Assembly (NCBI GenBank): GCA_004322365.1
Contig: SCTS01000006.1
Span: forward strand, 160,756 to 224,755
From: Patescibacteria group bacterium
GTDB lineage: Bacteria > Patescibacteriota > Minisyncoccia > Phycocordibacterales > Phycocordibacteraceae
Reading direction: 5' to 3'
Length of the DNA: 64,000 bases
Below, piece after piece: positions 38,271 through 47,188 of the stretch (within the stretch, counting starts at the first letter, position 1; every line of letters begins with the position of its first letter). The notes beneath the pieces are model-generated. The model had not been told where the DNA came from. It did not search any database and saw nothing but the letters and a program-made list of their open reading frames with translations. Both the position numbers and the translations under genes were made by a program.

Positions 38271-38462
38271 ATGAAAACGAACAAATCATACACAAAGCGT
38301 CTCCGCGTAACCCGAAACGGCAAGATTGTTGCACGCAAAGGTGGACAGGATCATTTCAATTCTCGTGACAGCCGAAAAACTCGCACTGTGAAAGCTCGTG
38401 CGAAAGCTGTAGAGATGAGTCCTGCAATGCGCGCTCGATTCCTTCCAGGAAACGGCAAGTAA
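38271..38462 (+). CDS. rpmI: 50S ribosomal protein L35
   Basis: MKTNKSYTKRLRVTRNGK; infC-rpmI-rplT order. Confidence 0.92.
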   Translation: MKTNKSYTKRLRVTRNGKIVARKGGQDHFNSRDSRKTRTVKARAKAVEMSPAMRARFLPGNGK

Positions 38463-38498
38463 ATTTTTCCAACCACTAAATACTAATCACTAATCCAT

Positions 38499-38849
38499 AT
38501 GTCTAGAGTAAAAGGAGGACCAAAGGCGATGAAGCGCCGTCGCAATATATTGAAAGCCGCAAAAGGCTATCGTTTTGGACGCTCAACAAAGACAAAGCAA
38601 GCGCTCGAAGCTTTGAAACACGCTGGTAAGTACGCATTCCGCGATCGCAGAGCTAAGAAAAGAACTATGCGAGGACTCGCAATTGTGCGCATCAACGCAG
38701 CACTTCGTGAGAGAGGTTTCAAAAACTACAGCACCTTCATGGGCGCAGTAAAGAAAGCAAATATTGAACTCGACCGCAAAGTACTTGCAGAAATTGCATC
38801 AGAATATCCAGAAGCATTCGACCGCGTTTTGAAGAAGGTCACCGGATAA
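38499..38849 (+). CDS. rplT: 50S ribosomal protein L20
   Basis: MSRVKGG, AKGY, RINAA, LDRKVLAEIA. Confidence 0.96.
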   Translation: MSRVKGGPKAMKRRRNILKAAKGYRFGRSTKTKQALEALKHAGKYAFRDRRAKKRTMRGLAIVRINAALRERGFKNYSTFMGAVKKANIELDRKVLAEIASEYPEAFDRVLKKVTG

Positions 38850-38862
38850 CATTCCGAAATTT

Positions 38863-38890
38863 AAAAATCCCGCAAAAGCGGGATTTTTTT
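38863..38890. terminator. Bidirectional terminator
   Basis: AAAAATCCCGC-AAAA-GCGGGATTTTTTT between convergent genes. Confidence 0.8.
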
Positions 38891-40265
38891 ATACAAGAGG
38901 AATATCGTATGTTTCCCCTTCCCTCGGCACATCAACAGGAATATTAAGAAACCCGGCGATGCGTTGAGCCAAGAAAGTTGCGGCTTCGGTCTCCCCCAAT
39001 ATTACAAAGACATGCTTCGGATTAACATTTTCAGCGAATGTCATAAGGTCATCTCTGTCAGCGTGCGCAGAAAATCCGTCCGTTGATAGTATTGTTGCTC
39101 GCACCTTAACTTCAACACCATCTATAGACACTGTCCATGCACCGTCTTTAAGCCTCCTCCCTAAACTCCCAGGCACCTGATAGCCTACAAGCAAGAGTGT
39201 GGTCGATTTCTGTGGGAGATACTTCGCCTCATGCCTTCTAATGCGCCCACCGTGACTCATACCAGCACCAGCAATGATTATTTTAGGCCCTGGATGCCTG
39301 TCTATTGCGTCCGACTCATCAGGATGCACACTTACCTTTAGGCTTGGGAATGAAAATGGGTCATCTCCGCTCTCCAGTCGAGTGCGTATGTCAGCACGAA
39401 GAAATGCTGGATATTTTCTGTACACATCAGTTACTTTTGCAGCAAGGGGTGAGTCCATAAATACTGCCACCGGAGGTATAACACCGTTCGTGATGGCTTT
39501 ATCTAATGATGCAAGAATAATTTGCGTACGCTCCAGTGAAAACGCAGGTATAAGAAGTGTGCCTTGGTTGGCAACAACACCTTTCACTGCCGACAGAAGT
39601 GCTTGCTCACTCTCTTCAAGTGAACCGTGCGTTTTATTTCCATACACACTTTCTGTCACCAGATACTCCACACCAGTGGGAACTTCCCTATCAGGAACAA
39701 GGGCGGCAGGCACACGACCTAAGTCTCCTGTAAACAAAATTTTCTTTCCAAAAATATCAAGCAGCACCGTTGCGGACCCTAAAATATGCCCCGCATTATG
39801 GAGTGTTGCAGTAATACCAGGCGCAAGTTCTAAGACCTTCCCGTATGCCACTTCATCAATATATTCAACTGCTCGTATCACATCTTCAGTCGCGTATGGC
39901 GGTTCATCGTTACACCGCTTCGCTTCGAGGGCGATTATCTTTACAGAGTCTTCTAGCATTATTGGCGTGAGCGCTTTGGTGGGAGCCGTTGTAAGCGCGC
40001 GCCCCTTAAAACCATCCTTAACAAGCTTAGGGAATAACCCAATGTGGTCAGCGTGCGCATGGGTAAAAAAAACAACATTAATAGTTGCAGGGTCGTAGGA
40101 GAATACCTCTCTATTGGTTGACTCACAGAACCGCTCACCTTGTGCAAGCCCACAATCAATCAGTATCCGTGTAGTAGTCTCTCCGTCTTTTGCCTCAACA
40201 AGAAAATTTGAACCTGTAACGCGCCTGGCTCCGCGTGCAAACGAAATAGAAATAGTTTTTCCCAT
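38889..40265 (-). CDS. MBL-fold beta-CASP ribonuclease
   Basis: VTGS, THAHADHIG, AGHILGS, ESVYG, FSAHAD; ATG 40265 chosen. Confidence 0.92.
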   Translation of the reverse strand: MGKTISISFARGARRVTGSNFLVEAKDGETTTRILIDCGLAQGERFCESTNREVFSYDPATINVVFFTHAHADHIGLFPKLVKDGFKGRALTTAPTKALTPIMLEDSVKIIALEAKRCNDEPPYATEDVIRAVEYIDEVAYGKVLELAPGITATLHNAGHILGSATVLLDIFGKKILFTGDLGRVPAALVPDREVPTGVEYLVTESVYGNKTHGSLEESEQALLSAVKGVVANQGTLLIPAFSLERTQIILASLDKAITNGVIPPVAVFMDSPLAAKVTDVYRKYPAFLRADIRTRLESGDDPFSFPSLKVSVHPDESDAIDRHPGPKIIIAGAGMSHGGRIRRHEAKYLPQKSTTLLLVGYQVPGSLGRRLKDGAWTVSIDGVEVKVRATILSTDGFSAHADRDDLMTFAENVNPKHVFVILGETEAATFLAQRIAGFLNIPVDVPREGETYDIPLV

Positions 40266-40350
40266 ATTCTCTATAGTAGCAAACGCTAGCGTATATAGAT
40301 TAGAAAAAATAAAACTCGCCAAAGACGCACAGCGCGTAGCGAGTTTACCA

Positions 40351-40509
40351 ATAGGGTCACTGACGGAGTATTAACCTTAGAGCCGAAGCTCCAGGTGGGT
40401 GCTCGCAACATCGTGTGTATCGGATTCTCCGGAGAGATTCGCCAGCACAGAGTGATATAAAGCTCCCTAAAGTTTTTCAACGAGGTTAATACTCCGTCAC
40501 CAACCCCAT
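40351..40509 (-). ncRNA. ssrS: Probable 6S RNA
   Basis: Rod with a perfect 17-bp closing stem (40361-77/40483-99), central bulge flanked by GGGAGC and GCACCCACCTG as in Firmicutes-type 6S; extended -10 TGGTACGCT upstream; hairpin plus T-run downstream. Confidence 0.78.
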
Positions 40510-40563
40510 TAAAAGCGTACCACGCTTTTAAGCTTTCAGTTCTGGAATTCAATACTCTTCCCT

Positions 40564-40598
40564 CTGGAAGCTGGAAGCTGGAAGCTGGAAGCTGGAAG
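40564..40598. repeat. Heptamer tandem repeat (CTGGAAG)x5
   Basis: Five perfect copies abutting the ndk stop codon. Confidence 0.95.
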
Positions 40599-41210
40599 CT
40601 ACTCCATTATTCCATCCAAGTTCACATCGTAAAGAATCTGTTCCTGCACAATACGATACTTCAAAATCTCTTCAGGCTTAAACCACACAGCAATTTCGCG
40701 TGATGCTTCTTCAGGACTTTCAGAACAATGAACGAGGTTTCTAACAGCACGACTCTGTACCGATGAGTGGTCGTACGAGTCCACAGTGTAGTCACCGCGG
40801 ATAGTACCCACATCCGATGTCTTTGGTTCTGTGGCACCTACAAGCTTCTTCACAACGGCTACTGATTCATTCCCTTCAACAACCATCATGAGTACAGGAC
40901 CTGCGGTCATGAATTTCACTATTGAATCTATTATTTCTTTACCATACCCAAGCGCATCCTTCTCTATTGGCAAGTTATGAGTTGTTCGGTCATTCAATAT
41001 TCGAGTTCCTTTCTCAAGAAACCACTTTTCGTCCTTGTTGTAATGACGGACAAGTTGGTCCTCTGTCGCAAGTCCAAATTTAAACGCAACAAATTTCAAC
41101 CCTGTTCTCTCTATACGCTTCATTATCTCTCCGATAAGAGAACGCTGTACTGCGTCAGGCTTCAATATAATAAGCGTACGCTCATTTTCAAATTGTGCAT
41201 TTGTATTCAT
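40599..41210 (-). CDS. ndk: Nucleoside diphosphate kinase
   Basis: ERTLIILKPDAVQR, GTIRGDY, RNLVHCSES. Confidence 0.95.
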   Translation of the reverse strand: MNTNAQFENERTLIILKPDAVQRSLIGEIMKRIERTGLKFVAFKFGLATEDQLVRHYNKDEKWFLEKGTRILNDRTTHNLPIEKDALGYGKEIIDSIVKFMTAGPVLMMVVEGNESVAVVKKLVGATEPKTSDVGTIRGDYTVDSYDHSSVQSRAVRNLVHCSESPEEASREIAVWFKPEEILKYRIVQEQILYDVNLDGIME

Positions 41211-41251
41211 TGAGGCGACTATACCACTCTACGGCGCGAAGCGCCACAGAG

Positions 41252-41363
41252 CAGGTGCTAGGTATTAGGTTATAGGTGCTAGCTTTTCTGATTCTGAATT
41301 TAAAGCTAGAACCTAGCACCTATAACCTAAATGATCCCTGCGGATCCGACGAAGCGTCGCCTA
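41252..41363. repeat. Inverted heptamer arrays plus twin-hairpin element
   Basis: TTAGGTTATAGGTGCTAG / CTAGCACCTATAACCTAA 18-bp IR, then TGATCCCTGCGGATCCGACGAAGCGTCGCCTA (29/32 identical to 10891-10922). Confidence 0.85.
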
Positions 41364-44246
41364 CGGCTTTTGGTTCTCTCGCATCTGATTATACTTCTGG
41401 TGGATATCAGCCTCCACAGCTTCGCGGGCTCGGCCGTAGCGTTGATACGAAATCTGCTTCAATGCATCAATGTTCAAGAAGTCGCCAGGGGTAAACGGAA
41501 TAGTCTCAATAGTAAAACCAGGGGTAGGCTTTCCTCCAGCAAGAAGCTTTAAATATGAATGGAAGTTGTCAATTTTTAGGAAGTCGGAAACCTCAAAGCC
41601 TGGAAACTGTTTCGCAATATACTCAGCATCATCGGGGCCTACACGAAACACTGCCATGGTGCCAACGTTACCAAATACTGAATCCTTAATTTTTGGAAGG
41701 AGCTGAGAAATATACTGGTGTGCCATCGTCATAGAGAGACGGAATTTGCGTGCTTCTGAGAGGATTGTGGAAATAGTATCGGTCGTAATATTTTGGAACT
41801 CGTCAATGTAGAGATAGAAGTTCGGAGGATTCAAATGCAAATACTCCGTACGCGCAAGTGCGGTCATCATAATTTTGCCCACAATCACAAGACCAATCAA
41901 GTTTGCGTTTACATCACCCAGTCGGCCTTTAGACAGGTTTACAAGAAGGATTTTCTTGTTGTCCATAATATCTTTGAAATTAAAAGCGGAGCGTTGCTGT
42001 CCGATGATCGGACGCATAATTTCGTTCGCAATGAAGATATCGAATTTTGATGTGATGTACGGCACCACATTGCGCAAATCTCCTTCTCCACGCACATTTT
42101 CTGCAATATCTTCCCAGAAGTGCGTTACCACGGGATTTTTACAGCGAGACAACTTCAATGCGCGGAATTCATCGTCAGCCAAAACACGGGAAATATCCAT
42201 CAAGGTCGAGCCAGTATCAGGATCTTCAAGCACGAGCATTGTGGCATTACGGAAGTACTGCTCAAAGATAGGACCGAAGGCTTCCGGCACATCGCCGTAG
42301 AGTTTCTTAAAAATTTTAAACATCTCATCCACCACGAATGTTTTTTGCTCTGGAAAGCGTGGATCATACTCAAGCATGTTGAGTCCCATGGGGCGTGCAG
42401 TATAGGCAGGATCAAAATAAATAAGATCATCAATGCGGTCTTTGGGAATACGGGAAAGAATCTCCAATACATCCACACCGTGCGGGTCAATGAAACACAC
42501 CCCTTCCCCATTCTCAATGTCCTGAATGATCATATTCTTCAGGAAGTTCGTCTTACCAGTACCGGTTTGTCCAATGGTATACATGTGGCGCAGACGGTCA
42601 TCTGGAGTGAAATGAATTGGTGTTGCAATATTTGAGTAACGATTAATGCCGATGACAATGCCTTTCTCAGGAAGCCCTGGTGGTGCAGGAGCGAGCTTAG
42701 CACTTGCAGTTTTTGCTTCACGAGATGCTGTACCTCCTGCAATAGTGAGATGAAAAATAGTTGAGAGCTCTGCCAAATTCATCGGCATGAGTGGAATCTT
42801 ATGCATCAAAGGTGTTGGGGCAGCCTTGCGTGTCCATTCAAGCCACAGCTGATAGAAAAATCCTTCATGTGCTTGGCGATCAAACATGCGGAAGATGAAC
42901 AGACGGAGAAACTCCCGCAATTCCTTTCTACCTTTTATATGCTTAAACCGAAGGCGGTTTGCTTTCGCATCTTCATACTGCCCAAAAGTATTTTCAAGTT
43001 CCGTCAAAATTGCCATTGCCCTCTCTTTGGTGCGAGCAGACGCAACAATACGCAAATTCACTCCCACAATGACACTCTTGAGCTTTTTTGACACTGCGTC
43101 AGCTGCAAAAGAATCAATATTCTTACTATCATCCTTCTTTTTTTCTTCAGAGCTTTCCAAAAAACTAGTGAAGCCTTTGTTCAATCCCTGAAAAAATCGA
43201 CGCATTGGTGAGTAATGCTCCATATACATATTCTTTCTGAATATGTCATTTGCAGAACCTTTACCTTTGTTGAGCTCATCCAACACATAACGAATACGCT
43301 TGGAATGGTAATCACCTGCGGGAGCAACGGTAATTTGAAGCGCAGCCCCCTCACCTTCTTTAGTGATTTTTGAAAGTGCTGCGAGCGTCACATTCATAGG
43401 GTCGTGACTAAACTCTTCTGATGTCTTCAAAGGAATTGGTGGCGGGCGCTGGTAGTAGGCGGACGCCGCAACAGTCACACCAAATTGGTTAAAAAGATTG
43501 TAGTCATCTTTTTTTTCAACAATACGTGCACGGGGAAACATGGCAAAAATCTGCTTTTCAAATGTTTCACGTTTTGCTCGAGGGACTGACAAATAAAAGA
43601 CTGCTTCCTCTTTAGTGTGCGAAACAGCAATTTCCATTGTGAAATGCTGGAGGTGAATCTTTTTGCGCTTGTGCCAATCTTTCAAGAAAATTGTATCGGG
43701 GAGAGCAACAAAAGGAATCATACTCAAATAAAACTGCTCCATCTGCATGCAAACATCCTTAAGAGACCCTCCTGGTTTCCCTGGGGCAGCTTCAGGTACG
43801 GCTATATCCAAGAGAACAAAATCAAGAGCCACAGCGAGCGGATCGTTAGCGCTCAGCCCTGGAATTGGATGTCCAGCTGTCCGGTATTGCACAAGCAGGC
43901 GATGAAAATCATCTTCGAGGTGAGGATTATCAATGCGATCAAGCTCCTTCATGACAGCCTTGAATCCTTGAGTATGCAAAATACCCAACAACTCCTCCAT
44001 GTCTTTGTCGTTCGAGTCAGGTGTAAGTTCAAGAATGATGCCCTGCTTCTGCTCTTGCTCTACCCCCTCTGGTGCCTCCGAAAGTGTAGGGAGAACAGAC
44101 GCTTCGACAGGTAAGGCCGGATCTCCTCGATGTCCCCTTCCCCCTCCACCCGAGCGCGCGGTCTCACGCAACTTCGTCAGTTGATGCTCAGGCGAAAGTT
44201 TCGCTGCTTTTGTATCAATTCCTTTATTAGGATTAAACCCTGGCAT
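41361..44246 (-). CDS. VirB4/TraG(VirD4)-like coupling ATPase
   Basis: DRLRHMYTIGQTGTGKT, FIDPHG, LYIDEFQN, LSEARKF, AHQYISQL, FGNVGT. Confidence 0.88.
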   Translation of the reverse strand: MPGFNPNKGIDTKAAKLSPEHQLTKLRETARSGGGGRGHRGDPALPVEASVLPTLSEAPEGVEQEQKQGIILELTPDSNDKDMEELLGILHTQGFKAVMKELDRIDNPHLEDDFHRLLVQYRTAGHPIPGLSANDPLAVALDFVLLDIAVPEAAPGKPGGSLKDVCMQMEQFYLSMIPFVALPDTIFLKDWHKRKKIHLQHFTMEIAVSHTKEEAVFYLSVPRAKRETFEKQIFAMFPRARIVEKKDDYNLFNQFGVTVAASAYYQRPPPIPLKTSEEFSHDPMNVTLAALSKITKEGEGAALQITVAPAGDYHSKRIRYVLDELNKGKGSANDIFRKNMYMEHYSPMRRFFQGLNKGFTSFLESSEEKKKDDSKNIDSFAADAVSKKLKSVIVGVNLRIVASARTKERAMAILTELENTFGQYEDAKANRLRFKHIKGRKELREFLRLFIFRMFDRQAHEGFFYQLWLEWTRKAAPTPLMHKIPLMPMNLAELSTIFHLTIAGGTASREAKTASAKLAPAPPGLPEKGIVIGINRYSNIATPIHFTPDDRLRHMYTIGQTGTGKTNFLKNMIIQDIENGEGVCFIDPHGVDVLEILSRIPKDRIDDLIYFDPAYTARPMGLNMLEYDPRFPEQKTFVVDEMFKIFKKLYGDVPEAFGPIFEQYFRNATMLVLEDPDTGSTLMDISRVLADDEFRALKLSRCKNPVVTHFWEDIAENVRGEGDLRNVVPYITSKFDIFIANEIMRPIIGQQRSAFNFKDIMDNKKILLVNLSKGRLGDVNANLIGLVIVGKIMMTALARTEYLHLNPPNFYLYIDEFQNITTDTISTILSEARKFRLSMTMAHQYISQLLPKIKDSVFGNVGTMAVFRVGPDDAEYIAKQFPGFEVSDFLKIDNFHSYLKLLAGGKPTPGFTIETIPFTPGDFLNIDALKQISYQRYGRAREAVEADIHQKYNQMRENQKP

Positions 44247-44314
44247 GTCTATCAGTATAACGCGTCGCTCGCATGCGTCTGTAATTTTCCTAAGATAAAA
44301 ATGTGATTCGCTGG

Positions 44315-44848
44315 TTACGGAACATCAGAACCCAAGATCCGCACTACCTCAAATGCACCGCGAGCGATAGATGAACCATCTTTCCCTACTGATAGTGGTG
44401 CTTTTTTCAAAACTAACCTACCTTGTTCTTCAAAGACTCCAATTTCAGTACCTGCAGTCTCAAACCAACACGCCAGTCCAGCTTTTTCACCTTCCAAAAG
44501 TGGCCACTCTGGAACACCTATTTCTGCGCATGAACCCTCATATGTCCCGACGGAGGATTCTTTACCATTAAGAGAAAGCGATACAGTAGCGAGTGACGCA
44601 CCGGCACGGCTTTTACTGCCTGAATCACTCACAATCCAGTTGTACACAGGAACCTCGCATGGAGTAAACTCACATGCTGGACCTGCTCGCCCAACAGTGC
44701 TCCCATCTGGACAGATTTTCGCTTCCTCAGTACACGCACTCGTATGTGGCACAACAATGGTGGGGGTACGGACAAAAAAGAACCAAGCACTGATGACCCC
44801 AACACATATAACAACACTAAAGAAAGCCCACTGAGACTTTGTCGACAT
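44315..44848 (-). CDS. Exported protein with Cys-rich CTEEAKICPDGS module
   Basis: Full-length paralog of 5847-6359. Confidence 0.75.
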   Translation of the reverse strand: MSTKSQWAFFSVVICVGVISAWFFFVRTPTIVVPHTSACTEEAKICPDGSTVGRAGPACEFTPCEVPVYNWIVSDSGSKSRAGASLATVSLSLNGKESSVGTYEGSCAEIGVPEWPLLEGEKAGLACWFETAGTEIGVFEEQGRLVLKKAPLSVGKDGSSIARGAFEVVRILGSDVP

Positions 44849-44880
44849 CACACTAGTGTACCTCAAATAGAGAATACAAA

Positions 44881-44903
44881 AAAAGGCGCCGTCGGCGCCT
44901 TTT
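44881..44903 (-). terminator. Terminator closing the spc/map unit
   Basis: AAAAGGCGCCG-T-CGGCGCCTTTT with a T-run on the minus strand. Confidence 0.78.
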
Positions 44904-44910
44904 AGGTAAG

Positions 44911-44973
44911 TTATTTTTTCTTATCTTTCTTTGGTTTCTTTTTATCCTTACGATGTGTTTCTCCTTTTGCCAT
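44911..44973 (-). CDS. 20-aa Lys-rich microprotein
   Basis: MAKGETHRKDKKKPKKDKKK*, immediately before the terminator. Confidence 0.5.
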   Translation of the reverse strand: MAKGETHRKDKKKPKKDKKK

Positions 44974-45008
44974 AGAGTACATGATATTTAAATAATGTTT
45001 TTATACTA

Positions 45009-45185
45009 TCATGTCTTTACTATTACCTTCCTCCCATGACAGACACTGCATATAAGCGACATATGTTGCCATTCACCATTTTGTTTTCTGTATCCGCGCT
45101 CTTCAGTACCCCATCCATTACAACGATGACATTTTTCTTCAGTAGAATTCAAAAACACCTCTCTTCCTAAACCTTTAAAAACCAT
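45009..45185 (-). CDS. 58-aa zinc-ribbon protein (DnaJ-type CxxCxGxG)
   Basis: CHRCNGWG ... CSVCHG; ATG 13 nt after the map stop. Confidence 0.6.
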   Translation of the reverse strand: MVFKGLGREVFLNSTEEKCHRCNGWGTEERGYRKQNGEWQHMSLICSVCHGRKVIVKT

Positions 45186-45198
45186 ACAATTTCTTACT

Positions 45199-45963
45199 CT
45201 AAAGTTCTGTAAGAATTTGATGGCCATTCTCAGTGATGAGAATAGTGTGTTCAAAATGCGCAGCACGCGAACCATCTTTAGTAACAAATGTATATCCATC
45301 CTTCAAGAGCTTCACACGAGGAGTACCCTCCGTAAACATGGGCTCAATTGCAATAACGAGTCCCGGGGTTAATTGTGCTCCAGTACCAGCGTCCCCAACA
45401 TTCGGCACATACGGCTCTTCATGAACAGAATTCCCCACTCCGTGTCCCCCAAGTTCAAAGACGATGCCGTAGCCTCGCATAACACCAACAGCTTCAATGG
45501 CAGCGCTTATGTCTCCAATATACCCACCTGGTTTTGCCATTTTAATACCCGCCATGAGAGCTTCCTCTGTGGCCTCCAATAAGGCTTCTGCACCTACATC
45601 GCCTTTCCCTGCGATAACAGTAAGTGCGCTATCCACAAGAAGACCCTTATGCGTTAAAACACAATCAAGCCCCACAACATCGCCCTCTTTGATAATGCTC
45701 GGGTTTTCGTTCGGAATCCCGTGCACCACTTCATCGTTAATTGAAATACAGATGGTCGCAGGGTACGGGCGCGTTGCCCCCCGTGGAGTGTAACCAACCA
45801 ACGATGGTACATCGCCGAAGTCTCGAATCATTTTCTCTGCAAGAGTGTTGAGAGTATCGGTTGATACACCTGGGGTCACTGCGCCCCCTACAGCTTTCAA
45901 GACTTCCGCAAGATGTCTTCCGCCTTCCCTAAGAATTGGAATATCTTTTTTTGTTGCAATCAT
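45199..45963 (-). CDS. map: Methionine aminopeptidase type I
   Basis: CISINDEVVHGIP, GHGVG..HEEP, IEPM, AAHFEHT. Confidence 0.96.
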   Translation of the reverse strand: MIATKKDIPILREGGRHLAEVLKAVGGAVTPGVSTDTLNTLAEKMIRDFGDVPSLVGYTPRGATRPYPATICISINDEVVHGIPNENPSIIKEGDVVGLDCVLTHKGLLVDSALTVIAGKGDVGAEALLEATEEALMAGIKMAKPGGYIGDISAAIEAVGVMRGYGIVFELGGHGVGNSVHEEPYVPNVGDAGTGAQLTPGLVIAIEPMFTEGTPRVKLLKDGYTFVTKDGSRAAHFEHTILITENGHQILTEL

Positions 45964-45972
45964 TCTGTCGAG

Positions 45973-46554
45973 TTATTTCAAAACCTCTGTCACTTTCCTC
46001 ATTACTTCTTCGTGCACTTCGACTGGTGTTTGTTCACCATTTATGTTGATACATTTTCCCAATTGTTGAAAATATTCAATAGCGGGTTTCGTAAGACGAT
46101 TATACTCAGCGAGGCGCATACGGATAACAGACTCATCCTTGTCAGTTGAGTCACGGCCACGGAGAAGTGAGCGTTTTACCACCTCATCTTCACTGACATC
46201 CAAATTCAATACAGTATATGAACGACCCAACCATGTACACACTTCATCAATGACTTTTGCTTGTTCAACATCACGGCCAGATCCTTCAAATATTGCACCT
46301 TTTTCTGGAGCGAGATTAAACAAAAACTCCTCGAGCATGTAATTAGCAACCCACGAAGGCATGAGGAGGCCTCTTTCATAATCTGCCTTGATACGGTTAC
46401 CGAGAAGCGAGCCTGATGCAACAATTTCACGAAACTTTCCTCCCGTACTAAACACGGTATACCCAAGCTTCTCTGCAAGTTGAACACACTGCGTTTCTTT
46501 CCCAGAAGCAATACGCCCCACGAAGAAAAATAAATGTTTCTGCTGTGTATCCAT
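45973..46554 (-). CDS. adk: Adenylate kinase (short LID)
   Basis: GRIASGKETQ, STGGKFR, GLLMP, RGRDSTD; position before map. Confidence 0.85.
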   Translation of the reverse strand: MDTQQKHLFFFVGRIASGKETQCVQLAEKLGYTVFSTGGKFREIVASGSLLGNRIKADYERGLLMPSWVANYMLEEFLFNLAPEKGAIFEGSGRDVEQAKVIDEVCTWLGRSYTVLNLDVSEDEVVKRSLLRGRDSTDKDESVIRMRLAEYNRLTKPAIEYFQQLGKCININGEQTPVEVHEEVMRKVTEVLK

Positions 46555-46565
46555 GAATACCTATA

Positions 46566-47138
46566 TTAACCTGCAATAAGAGATTCTACGACTTCTGCAA
46601 AACGTTTTTTTGCAGCATCCACTTCTCCCGAATGATTTTCAATAACAAAATCGGCCTCGGACATAAAATTCATTTCATCTTGATATCGTTCTTTTCTTTT
46701 CTCTAGTTCCGTTTCCGATATTGGTGCACGAGCCCGAATCCGAGCCTCCATTTCACTCCATGAACCAGCATTCACGAAAATAACAGCTAATTCTTCTTTA
46801 GGGATTTTCTTTTGCAATTGTCGAACTCCTTGTACCTCAAGTTCTTTGAGTGCAGTCATACCTCCGTCTAGCAGTGGCATAACTTCGGATGCAAGCGTGC
46901 CGTAAAAATGCCCACCATATTCTGCCCACTCTAAAAAATCACCGCTCTCGATGCGTGATTGAAACTCCTCACGAGAAAGAAAATAATAGTGCTCGCCATG
47001 CTTCTCATTCGCACGCATAGATCGAGTTGTTGAAGACTTTGGATATTGAAGCGCTGGGAATAGGGGGCGGATATGATTAATAAGCGTTCCTTTTCCAGAA
47101 CCAGATGGACCAATAACGAGTATGAATTTCCCTTTCAT
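46566..47138 (-). CDS. gmk: Guanylate kinase
   Basis: GPSGSGKGT, STTRSMR, FLEWAEYGGHFYGT. Confidence 0.93.
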   Translation of the reverse strand: MKGKFILVIGPSGSGKGTLINHIRPLFPALQYPKSSTTRSMRANEKHGEHYYFLSREEFQSRIESGDFLEWAEYGGHFYGTLASEVMPLLDGGMTALKELEVQGVRQLQKKIPKEELAVIFVNAGSWSEMEARIRARAPISETELEKRKERYQDEMNFMSEADFVIENHSGEVDAAKKRFAEVVESLIAG

Positions 47139-47188
47139 ATTTTTGCTATTTAGAAGCTACACACAAACGCTAGCCACTAAACCTTGTC

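Noticed and set aside
39274-40098. 274-aa plus-strand ORF and many similar antisense ORFs (e.g. 29843-30412, 469-810)
   Set aside because: Shadows of well-supported genes on the opposite strand, with no motifs.
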